This document shows, piece by piece, positions 45,601 through 53,727 of a stretch of 55,350 nucleotides of DNA; the stretch's first letter is position 1; each line of letters starts with the position of its first letter. Below the pieces are notes generated by a model. The model was not told the DNA's origin, did not search any database, and saw only the letters and a program-made list of their open reading frames with translations. The DNA comes from an uncultured Thermoplasmata archaeon (GTDB lineage: Archaea; Thermoplasmatota; Thermoplasmata; Halarchaeoplasmatales; Halarchaeoplasmataceae): contig CAYNQI010000003.1 of NCBI GenBank assembly GCA_964399335.1, positions 1 to 55,350 on the forward strand. Reading direction: 5' to 3'. Both the position numbers and the translations under genes were made by a program.

Positions 45601-48573
45601 GATACGTATGCTGAGATCGAAGTCATATTTTCGGAATCAGTAGACCCTTCATCTTTAGAATATTCTATAGATCCATTTATAGAATTTAATTTAACTTGGA
45701 AAAATAATAACAGAACTCTCATTTTAGAATCCTATGATGCATATCCACGTGATACAAAGATCGAACTCGTCATTGAAGATATTAAAGATGTGGATAATGG
45801 GACTTCGTCTAGTCTATTGAAACCAGTTTCAGAAAATTGGCAGACCATAGATAAAGGTGAAATTGTAGATATCTATCCTGATGATACAGAAGCTGTAGAC
45901 CTTCAAAGATCTATAGTTTTGGTTCTAGATGAACCAGGAGTTATGGGAGATATAGATAATTTTGTTGATCATGATTGGAATTGGACCTATAATTGGGACC
46001 ATAATAATACACATCTAACTTTAGATCATGATGAGTTTCCATCAGGTACCAAGATAGATTTAAATTTTGACTTTAAAGAGTTAAGGGCAATTTACGATGA
46101 TTCATCATTTTTAGAATCAGGAGAAAACTCCACCACACTGACTCTACATACTAAATCCTTTGATAATCCAAATCTTTTGTCATCATCTCCTGAAAATAAA
46201 GCAGAAGAAGTCAAACTGCAAAAACATATCACATTTACATTCGATAAACCAATCAATGCTTCATCTTTTAATTTGACTACCAATCCAGATGTTGAAAAAA
46301 TAAATTACGATTGGAGTTCTGACAGATGTTCAGTTTTGATAACCCATGATGGATTCTCCCCTTATCAGAAATACAGCTTTTTTATTGAAGCGGAATGTGA
46401 AGAGGGTTTACAACTTTCTACGCCAGTAAATAATGAAACTTCTAACCCGTTAACTTTTACAACGGAGGATACTTTGAATCCTAAAGTTTTACAAACATCT
46501 CCTAAAGATGGTACTGAACATTACCTTTCAAATTCCCCTGTGATCATTCAATTCGATAAAAAGATGGACCCTGAAAGTCTAGATTTCAATTGTCATCCTA
46601 ACCCAGGTTATTGGAAGGCTGAATGGAATGATGATGGGAGGATCTTGATATTGCACCATGGGGGTTTTGATCCAGGTAGACGTGTAGATTTTGTTTTGAA
46701 TGGGGCTTCTGATATAAGAGGTAGTAGTCTTTCAGATGAAGTTCATATAAGTTTCAAAATAAGTAATAATGGAGAACACATAGAAGGAAATTTATTTCAA
46801 CGAAAACTCTGGTCATTTATAGGAGGTGGACCTTATAGTGAAAGTCTTTTCGATATAACCGAAGCCTTCATGAGAAAAACGACTTCGAATATGATAGTTA
46901 GTGCGGAGATGAGTAATTTAGAGTACAGGATACCCTTGAATACTGAAAATAACTTTGATTATTCATCTTTAGATGAGAATAATTCGAAGGAGTTAAAGCT
47001 TTTAGTAGATCTAGACCCGGGATATCTTCATCTGGATGATATTTTAGAGATCTCGGATCCAAAAGGGCATCACTTCACCGAGGTCACTACTATATCTTCT
47101 AGACCTTTTAAAACGGAATGGAACATCATCATCCCTAGTACAGAGATATTTTTAGATGTAAAAAGAGATACCCCATATATACTAGGCAAGGAAGAACCAA
47201 AACATCTTTCTTTAAATGAAACTTATGAGATAGAATTTAATTTATCAATCAGTGTCGCATCTGGATGGGCTTTAGAGGATGTGGACTATACCCGTGACGA
47301 TATAGACCTATCGACTGTTATCGACTTTTTAGATAAGGTATGGGACCTCTTAAAGGAACCATTATCTTATTTGTTAGACGGACTTTACAAAATCCTTGAA
47401 CTTTTTGATGATATAGTAAACCGTTTGAAAGAACATGCAGCATCTTTAGTGGAATACTTAGGAGAGATGGTAAGAAGTTTGGTAAACACTACTTTAAGGA
47501 ATTTGGCGGAGACCATATTAGATAATAGAGAGAGGCTGCAGGATTTTGCAGAAACGTTATCATTACTCGGTATACCTATGGGTATAACTGTTTACGAGGA
47601 TGGTAATCGTATGAAATTACCAAATACAGAGACTGAACGCGATGTATTTCTTAAATTAGGACTGGGCGGAGCTGTGTTAGGTACAACATTAGACCTCAAA
47701 CTCTATGTTTTAGAGGATAATGTTGTAGCTACTGGTATTCTATCATCAGATTCCATGGATATAATTTGGCAGATCGATCCTTTTGCGGAAGCCGGTAGGC
47801 CTGTTTCTGTTTACGATAGCTGGTTCCAAACTCAAGGTGAATTTGGGGAAAAAGGTGATGGTGCATTGTTGAATTTAGAGATCCCCGAAATAGAAACTGA
47901 AGAAGATATCGATGATGAAACCTATGAGTACAGCACAGCTGAAGTATTCCCGGCTTTAAGTGCAGTATCTATTCCGATAGGGCCTGTTGTAGTTTCAAAT
48001 TTCGATTTTGGTCTAGAGATAACCTATGTCGACTTAACCAACGTTTCATCTGAATTGATACACGGATCGATAAAAAATGCCTTCTGGGATACGGTTGAAC
48101 ATATGCGCGATTCTGATTTCAACTTGGACTATATCGTAGAATTTGTAAGGACCTTCACTGATCTGTTATTAGAAGAATTGATACGGTTTTTACAATCTGT
48201 ACTTGACTCTATCGAGTTATTTTTCTCGTGTACAGTGAATCAAATGGACATAATTGTATCATTCGGTTTAGCTTCAGCAGATGGGGTTCTAGATTTTATA
48301 AGATGGATCGGTCAGCAGGTAAGACACCTGTTACAAAGTATAGTGGAAAGAAGACCGAATTGTAATGTGGATAGTTTACCATCTTCAATATTAGAGGAAA
48401 CTGAACTTTCCGTTGAGGTCGGTTTAGAAGATGCTTCAACAGTTGAATTTTCTGTCAACGTACCGGCACTTGCTTCGATCATCGGTAAAGATCTCGGTGA
48501 ATGGCGTATCGAATTTGGGTTAGAATTGGGTAATGGTTTGACCCTTGTTGATGGTCAGTTAGTAGAATGGTAG
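42646..48573 (+). CDS. 1975-aa surface protein with a pilin-like N-terminus, two PKD-like and four Big_5-like Ig domains
   Basis: EDLG|VVSFAILGVLII N-terminus; PKD WKFGDG...HTYTQPGHYTVSLTVTD; repeated P.V...SP....V.....I...F..P.D..S. Confidence 0.75.
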   Translation: MLEIKDEEREDLGVVSFAILGVLIILLSIFAAAYISRIDRINYENELRNDKISQLEYSIDDIFDSIENKIKYIGIQSVFDEGVKSDENTTENFQSRIDEYFQENSALRGWEYKGTSIKIEDYNLVINPKTASVDEINPEDDPDVIKNDSPGVLKKRNTTFYYEILGQINLTAFNDGLELDKSRDISVTIDVPAPFMRNKMDSFGTNLRGDKSHLARITEYMLTTLAQYRTLVGYGMQPIEDESGNLDKTTNEIIKEQDVELAVNLALLFEIAYHYRSYDPDHLDSILNNVSYLKRDNLEELLINYLHEDSIDPGDIISLYHRYSYDNQVVQENDSVEIDIGIIVAQAMNALVDQFVLKHLENLKVTPVLDLILSGVEIVEDIYESVTDLIFGDDEEDEVNLQQVQVVKEWVRSVFISSGLMDTSFLRNYYGKYDRFQGEKIAGYPNLPDGYEFTDEIEYYSRLDGEEYEWYGFSCGHGDLDRKRGHTCDEIVKVGEDGDGKPINARCGAEEIKLKHDFRHGNVHMKVKNGPVSFQPVDILDGNDEVWQDFYDDHFKSSVDENPEDVSDAVKEVITEFVGELVKHDKIKEIIREYNNIKVDPTDEVSFMKDIQVNIDSAIHDVIEHFRKNPDEIAEILKEKLHNGGDPKVDELIYFLNYRYDDLVTRQRVKQRAARKTADRLTAPNSAFLEISDVYRGMSRYDENMLCDFSWNSNRTISKNEASDIIQNGNIYKEKVLESLYEDIRSNLDEFYQELKKREVHISDSDENISQEDGLIVQALNHYQFNTSYESENHTTRSGNILDCIEEISPNPATQDQDTVYFRGNTSIDYKDVEWKSNLDGHLSNKIEFNRSARFMTSGSHEITLKILEEGGSMYEDKETLFINIPPIAEIDDVSPNPATESQEMVFTDSSSDPDGFITERLWKFGDGNSSIGTLVNHTYTQPGHYTVSLTVTDDKGGRDTVYKSVLVDDAPKVIDIIPDSSERLDTYAEIEVIFSESVDPSSLEYSIDPFIEFNLTWKNNNRTLILESYDAYPRDTKIELVIEDIKDVDNGTSSSLLKPVSENWQTIDKGEIVDIYPDDTEAVDLQRSIVLVLDEPGVMGDIDNFVDHDWNWTYNWDHNNTHLTLDHDEFPSGTKIDLNFDFKELRAIYDDSSFLESGENSTTLTLHTKSFDNPNLLSSSPENKAEEVKLQKHITFTFDKPINASSFNLTTNPDVEKINYDWSSDRCSVLITHDGFSPYQKYSFFIEAECEEGLQLSTPVNNETSNPLTFTTEDTLNPKVLQTSPKDGTEHYLSNSPVIIQFDKKMDPESLDFNCHPNPGYWKAEWNDDGRILILHHGGFDPGRRVDFVLNGASDIRGSSLSDEVHISFKISNNGEHIEGNLFQRKLWSFIGGGPYSESLFDITEAFMRKTTSNMIVSAEMSNLEYRIPLNTENNFDYSSLDENNSKELKLLVDLDPGYLHLDDILEISDPKGHHFTEVTTISSRPFKTEWNIIIPSTEIFLDVKRDTPYILGKEEPKHLSLNETYEIEFNLSISVASGWALEDVDYTRDDIDLSTVIDFLDKVWDLLKEPLSYLLDGLYKILELFDDIVNRLKEHAASLVEYLGEMVRSLVNTTLRNLAETILDNRERLQDFAETLSLLGIPMGITVYEDGNRMKLPNTETERDVFLKLGLGGAVLGTTLDLKLYVLEDNVVATGILSSDSMDIIWQIDPFAEAGRPVSVYDSWFQTQGEFGEKGDGALLNLEIPEIETEEDIDDETYEYSTAEVFPALSAVSIPIGPVVVSNFDFGLEITYVDLTNVSSELIHGSIKNAFWDTVEHMRDSDFNLDYIVEFVRTFTDLLLEELIRFLQSVLDSIELFFSCTVNQMDIIVSFGLASADGVLDFIRWIGQQVRHLLQSIVERRPNCNVDSLPSSILEETELSVEVGLEDASTVEFSVNVPALASIIGKDLGEWRIEFGLELGNGLTLVDGQLVEW

Positions 48574-48575
48574 AT

Positions 48576-49415
48576 TCAAGATCTGTAAAGATAGTTTAAA
48601 ACGGTATAATTCCCGTCTATGTCCATCAATTTGGTCCGTACCGTGATACTTTGATTATGGTTAACGCAAATTTCACGATTTTCCATGGACTTATTTACTA
48701 GATCATCTCTTTTTATGGTATTAGTTTGCGGTCTCCAAAGATAAAGGTTATCTGTGCTTACTGGAGTTAGGGTTTCTGTATTGACATAGTAGTAATCATT
48801 TTTGAAAGTCATGTTCTTTTTTAGCGTAATATTCCTTTTATTTTCTGGTTGCTCTATCGTCCAATCGGCTACTTCTTCGATGAAATCGTTTATCCGAAGA
48901 GTTTCGTTTTTGATCTCTTCGCTGGTTTCTCTGTAGATAAAAACATGATGGATTTCGTTGAATTCTTTTGTCTCTATGATAAAATCCTCATGGCTTGGTA
49001 TCAACATAAAATGATTTTCTATGCTAATTTTATCTAAGATACCCGTAGACGTTTTACTATCGAGTAAACTTGGGTTGAAAAGGTAAACTTCCTGGATAAA
49101 TCGATTCCAGACTTTTCGATTATTTTGATTTAGAAAGACTCCGGCGGATGTGAAATTGATTAAATATGTTTCATCATCGATAGTTGGTTCTAATTTAAAA
49201 TCCGATGAAGCACTTTCATTGAAACTAAATTCAGCCCTGATCTCACCGTCTGTATTACAGAATTCGTTAACGATATCTCGAACACCTCTAGCATGGATCT
49301 CCAGTTCTAACTCTTTTGAACTCTCCCGCTGCCACATGAATATACCCATTATACTGCTTGTCATTACGATCGCTGCTACGATCCAAACCATCTTTGAACT
49401 GAGATAATCAAGCAT
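48576..49415 (-). CDS. Secreted protein with a pilin/ArlF-like N-terminal anchor
   Basis: MLDYLSSKMVWIVAAIVM. Minus-strand TATA TTTATAAC (49445-49438) lies 30 nt before ATG 49415. ATG 49454 is an alternative start. Confidence 0.65.
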   Translation of the reverse strand: MLDYLSSKMVWIVAAIVMTSSIMGIFMWQRESSKELELEIHARGVRDIVNEFCNTDGEIRAEFSFNESASSDFKLEPTIDDETYLINFTSAGVFLNQNNRKVWNRFIQEVYLFNPSLLDSKTSTGILDKISIENHFMLIPSHEDFIIETKEFNEIHHVFIYRETSEEIKNETLRINDFIEEVADWTIEQPENKRNITLKKNMTFKNDYYYVNTETLTPVSTDNLYLWRPQTNTIKRDDLVNKSMENREICVNHNQSITVRTKLMDIDGNYTVLNYLYRS

Positions 49416-49490
49416 TGCGAGAAGGGATGAATCGTTTGTTATAAATCTTGCCATCAATAATATTAAAGAGCAGTTTGTTATCGATATGTG

Positions 49491-50261
49491 ATGAAGATCG
49501 AAGATGGTATATTGATAGGGATGGTTCATCTTGACCCTCTCCCAGGATCACCGAGGTATGATGATTCACACGATATAGTTGGATCTGCTCTACAGGATAC
49601 CCGTGCTCTTGAAGGTGGGGGTGTAGATGCAGTACTGGTTGAGAACTACGGTGATAAACCATATCCCCTAAAGATCTGTAAAGAAACGTATGATGCTTTT
49701 TTAAAGATCTGTTCTGAAATCAAAGATGAGATCGAACTCCCCATGGGTGTGAACGTGTTACGCAACGATTGGAAGTCCGCTCTTAGGATCGCAGATGAAT
49801 TAGGTCTAAATTTTGTTAGGATCAATGTATACGTTGGCATCACAATGACTGAACAAGGAGTGATTGAAGGGGAATCTGACAAGATCCAGCGGTTCAAAAA
49901 AGAAAACGGAATAAACACATCTATTTTCTCAGATATCCATGTGAAGCATGGTAAAACCTTTTATCCTGAAAGTATCGAAACCGCTGCAAGAGATGCTGTT
50001 GAAAGGGGGTGTGCAGACGTCGTGATCGTATCTGGGCGTCGAACTAATGAACCCGTGGATATCAACGTATTGAAGAAAGTTAAAGACACAGTAAAAGCTC
50101 CTGTTTTAGTTGGTTCTGGAGTCCGCTTAAGCAATGTTAATGAAATTTTAAAACATTCCGGCGGAGCTATCATCGGCAGTGCTTTCAAACACGGTGGTAT
50201 CACTGAGAATAAAGTGAATCGAACCAGGGTTGAGAATCTCGTACGGCTTTTAAAGTCTTGA
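49491..50261 (+). CDS. BtpA/SgcQ family TIM-barrel protein
   Basis: IGMVHL.PLPGSP, VENYGDKPY, GVNVLRND, DIHVKHG, VLVGSGV. Confidence 0.9.
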   Translation: MKIEDGILIGMVHLDPLPGSPRYDDSHDIVGSALQDTRALEGGGVDAVLVENYGDKPYPLKICKETYDAFLKICSEIKDEIELPMGVNVLRNDWKSALRIADELGLNFVRINVYVGITMTEQGVIEGESDKIQRFKKENGINTSIFSDIHVKHGKTFYPESIETAARDAVERGCADVVIVSGRRTNEPVDINVLKKVKDTVKAPVLVGSGVRLSNVNEILKHSGGAIIGSAFKHGGITENKVNRTRVENLVRLLKS

Positions 50262-51665
50262 TCTGATCAGATGATGGCTTACGAATAAAACCAGTCCCGA
50301 AACTAGGACTATCGGTATAGCAGGTAGAAATCCAAAGTCCGGTATCAGATCGAATTGGTATAACAGCAGCATGAACAGACCTGTAGATATGGATAAAATA
50401 CAAGCTTTAGCATCTGCTTTCCAATATAGAACTCCCAGCGTAGATGGATACAATATAGCAAGTCCGGTGAAAGCCCACGTAACTATGGTGAATATGGTCG
50501 CTGGTGGGTTATACGCTATAGCAAGACCCACTACCGCCAAAACTATCACCATGATGTGCCCAACAGAGTAGTCAAAATCATCACTATCGAAGGGAAGGTA
50601 AGGGTGAAAAATATCTCTAGTGAACATAGAACTCATTGTAAGGAGTTGACTATCGGCAGTGGACATAAAAGCTGCGAACCCTCCACTCATTATCAATGCC
50701 GAGAGCCAGAGAGGTGCATACCTTTCCAACATCATCGGGAGGATACTGTCTGCTTCCTGCCCACTCAATCCAGGTATAGCTCCTCTCCCCATCACCCCGA
50801 TCATCATAGGTAGTAAAAATAAAAAGCCGGTAACTAGGGGATATATCATGGACGCTCTCTGCAGACTCTTCTCACTATCCGATATGAAGAATCTCTGGAA
50901 TAGCTGCGGGAACATCGGATTGCAAAAAGACCATAATATCGAGAAACTGAACCAAATCTTGATCGAGATAGTTCCGGATCTGATGAACAAACCTGGATCT
51001 ACAGACCTAGCTTGTTCATGCGCCGCCTGTAAACCTCCAAGATTGTATGCTAATACTATCACGGCTGTGAGTAGAAGGAAGATCATCATAAGACCCTGTA
51101 AAACGTCGGTCCATGCGATGGTTCTCATGCCACCCAGGAACACGTAAACGATTATGAACACAGTTAAGAATACAGCTCCATAGAAATAAGGTATAGCTCC
51201 GTTGGTGAGGGCGCTAAGTACAAATCCAGCACTCATCGGTTGAACGGCTAGATAAGGGAGAGTGAATATCACCATGACAGCAACATATAACATCCTTAAA
51301 GCGTGACTATTTGTTTCCCCTCCGATCAACTCTGGCGGTGTGATATACCCTTTTTCCTTACCTAAAAGCCAAACTTTTCGACCGATTATGTAGAATGAAA
51401 GCGCGGTGAACGAAGTTCCAAAACCCATGATCCCGTAAAACGCATATCCGGAGGTGTAGGCTTCTCCAGCGAATCCAAGGAATGTGAATGCAGAAAAATT
51501 AGTTGCGGCTAGAGTGAAAAATAGAACGAAAGGACCGATCTTCCTGCTAGCTAAGAAGTAATCCTGTACATTTTTCTTGGAAATTTTATAACCGTAAACT
51601 CCGAGAAGTAGGGTAAAGGTAAGGTAAGATGTTATGATTCCAAGAACTAAAAGGGTCGTGTTCAA
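50250..51665 (-). CDS. Sodium:solute symporter (SSS) family permease
   Basis: DYFLASR.IG, ATNFSAFTFLG, GGMRTIAWTDVLQG, AAFMSTADSQLL. Confidence 0.92.
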   Translation of the reverse strand: MNTTLLVLGIITSYLTFTLLLGVYGYKISKKNVQDYFLASRKIGPFVLFFTLAATNFSAFTFLGFAGEAYTSGYAFYGIMGFGTSFTALSFYIIGRKVWLLGKEKGYITPPELIGGETNSHALRMLYVAVMVIFTLPYLAVQPMSAGFVLSALTNGAIPYFYGAVFLTVFIIVYVFLGGMRTIAWTDVLQGLMMIFLLLTAVIVLAYNLGGLQAAHEQARSVDPGLFIRSGTISIKIWFSFSILWSFCNPMFPQLFQRFFISDSEKSLQRASMIYPLVTGFLFLLPMMIGVMGRGAIPGLSGQEADSILPMMLERYAPLWLSALIMSGGFAAFMSTADSQLLTMSSMFTRDIFHPYLPFDSDDFDYSVGHIMVIVLAVVGLAIAYNPPATIFTIVTWAFTGLAILYPSTLGVLYWKADAKACILSISTGLFMLLLYQFDLIPDFGFLPAIPIVLVSGLVLFVSHHLIRSRL

Positions 51666-51666
51666 A

Positions 51667-51882
51667 TCAGTCCCTCCAGTAGAATATAACGAACAGATAT
51701 ATCAGAATTGATAGCAGTACCTGTAATATCAACAGTCTTAGAACCCAGATCGGTAAAAAACCGAAAATCAGCAAGTCAAGTTCCCAGTTCCAGAAGTCGA
51801 TAGAAAGTATGAATATAGCCCCGAATAAGATCATCCAAACCAATCTGTTTTCCTTTAGCCAGCAGATAATTCTCTCTTCCAT
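51667..51882 (-). CDS. Small two-TM SSS accessory protein (DUF3311/DUF485-like)
   Basis: 71 aa with two TM segments and IFGFLP.W; directly upstream of the SSS gene. Confidence 0.75.
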   Translation of the reverse strand: MEERIICWLKENRLVWMILFGAIFILSIDFWNWELDLLIFGFLPIWVLRLLILQVLLSILIYLFVIFYWRD

Positions 51883-51940
51883 GAAACCACCTTATGCTGT
51901 TTCCTGGATTGGGTGGCTGGAAACAGGAAAACATTGCCGG
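51883..51940 (-). promoter_or_regulatory. Structured 5' leader, riboswitch-like
   Basis: TATA TTATATAT at 51969-51962; 8-bp stem; loop AGCCACC is complementary to the SD segment GGUGGUU. Confidence 0.5.
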
Positions 51941-52020
51941 ATTTATGTGAGAAACTATCTGATATATAATTTTAACGAGACCACCAAAATCATTAAAATC
52001 ATAAGAGAAATTACTAGTCC

Positions 52021-52440
52021 ATGAAAGTGAAAGATATTAGATTCAATGTAAGCACTAGTAAGGAATTGGACATAAAAAACATCACTGAACAGGGACAAGA
52101 GGCAGTTGCCGATAGCGGAGTACAGGAAGGTATGGCACTGTTCTTCGTCTCAGGTTCGACCGCTGCTTTAACAACAATCGAATACGAACCTGGGCTATTA
52201 CACGACATACCAGCTGCCCTCGATAGATTGTTCCCCAAAGACATGTACTACAAGCATCACGAAAAATGGCACGATGGCAATGGTCATTCCCATGTTAGAG
52301 CGTCCTTTATAGGTCCGAGTTTGACCGTTCCCATAACAGATGGAAGATTAGAACTGGGAACCTGGCAGCAGATCATCTTGTGTGATATGGATGTTCCGTC
52401 TAGAGAAAGAGAAATAATCGTTAAGATCACCGGAGAATGA
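52021..52440 (+). CDS. yjbQ: YjbQ / UPF0047 family protein
   Basis: GSTAALTTIEYEPG, GNGHSHVRAS, LGTWQQIILCD.D..SRER. Confidence 0.9.
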   Translation: MKVKDIRFNVSTSKELDIKNITEQGQEAVADSGVQEGMALFFVSGSTAALTTIEYEPGLLHDIPAALDRLFPKDMYYKHHEKWHDGNGHSHVRASFIGPSLTVPITDGRLELGTWQQIILCDMDVPSREREIIVKITGE

Positions 52441-53394
52441 TCAATTTTTACTTTCGAGGCAGATGGATGCTAACAGAGATTCCAACTGTAGTCTTTCGTC
52501 TGCACCTTCGACCATCCTGAATTCGGTTTCGCCTATCCTATCCACCAACTTCATCTTCTTTTTATTATCCATTGCTACATTGTAGATGTTCTTGTGGATT
52601 TCCTTAACGATATCTTCCCCAGATAGGCCATACTCTAAAAGCAGTTCATCAAGTAACTTACGGGCACCCATGAAATCTCCTTTAAAGGCTGTACGGATCA
52701 AATTCTCTACATCTTCCGGTTTAGCCACGTTTGCACTCTGTCGTACGATCTCCTCAGTTATCTCGTCAGTGGTCGAACCGGAAATCTGAAGTAGGTTTGT
52801 AACTCTTCTGAGGTCACCATCGGCCACCCTTACCAGCAATTCTTTAGCATCTTCATCGATGCTCAAACCTTCGCTTTCAGTTATTTTTCCGATCCAATTT
52901 TCAACGGCTTTCTTGTTAAGATATCTAAATCTGAAAACAGCACATCTAGATTGGATCGGATCTATTATCTTGGAAGAGTAATTACAAGAAAGGATAAATC
53001 TACAATTGGTAGAATATTTTTCCATAGTTCTCCTTAGAGCTGCCTGGGCGTCAGGTGTTAGAGAATCGGCTTCATCCATGAATATTATCTTGAAACCGAT
53101 ATCACTTATAGTCGAGGTCCTGGCATATTCTTTTATTTTGTTCCTGATAACGTCTATACCCCTCTCGTCACTGGCGTTCAATTCAAAGAAATTTGCACTC
53201 CATTCATCATCGTACATCTCTTTCGAGAGGGCGATGGCAGATGTGGTTTTACCAGTCCCTGCAGGACCGGCAAATAAAAGGTGAGGTAAACTGCCTTTCT
53301 CGACATATGCTTTTAGACGCTCTATTGTTGATTCTTGACCATACACATCATCTAGAGTTTCAGGCCTGTATTTCTCTGTCCAAATTTTCTCCAT
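52441..53394 (-). CDS. rfcS: Replication factor C small subunit
   Basis: WTEKYRP, GPAGTGKTT, ELNASDERG, DEAD.LT.DAQAALRRTME. No intein. Confidence 0.96.
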   Translation of the reverse strand: MEKIWTEKYRPETLDDVYGQESTIERLKAYVEKGSLPHLLFAGPAGTGKTTSAIALSKEMYDDEWSANFFELNASDERGIDVIRNKIKEYARTSTISDIGFKIIFMDEADSLTPDAQAALRRTMEKYSTNCRFILSCNYSSKIIDPIQSRCAVFRFRYLNKKAVENWIGKITESEGLSIDEDAKELLVRVADGDLRRVTNLLQISGSTTDEITEEIVRQSANVAKPEDVENLIRTAFKGDFMGARKLLDELLLEYGLSGEDIVKEIHKNIYNVAMDNKKKMKLVDRIGETEFRMVEGADERLQLESLLASICLESKN

Positions 53395-53493
53395 TCTACC
53401 GCTATATACGATTACTTTCATTGTTATAATTCTTTCCACTATTTTTAAAAACAGGCCAAAAAATAAAATAATAGGAAACCATTTTTATAAACG

Positions 53494-53688
53494 GTGTCTG
53501 GATTGAAAGAACCTGAAGAGTTAGTGGATGAAAATACCCGAGATGAACTTAACAAGATCGCGAAAGAAGCCGGTATCAAAAACCCAAGTTCTTATAAGAA
53601 TAAATTATCATTGGCTGAGGAGATCGTACGTAGTAAGAAGGCTAAAAAGTACGCGAAGAAACCAATCGGTTTATATATAGAGGATTGA
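53494..53688 (+). CDS. Small basic protein with a Rho-N/HeH-like motif
   Basis: TRDELNKIAKEAGIKNPSSYKNKLSLAEEI. Start could be GTG 53494, TTG 53503 or GTG 53524. Confidence 0.55.
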   Translation: MSGLKEPEELVDENTRDELNKIAKEAGIKNPSSYKNKLSLAEEIVRSKKAKKYAKKPIGLYIED

Positions 53689-53727
53689 TACTAAAAATCC
53701 TGTTTAAAAGTTTGAGGTCACTTAGTC

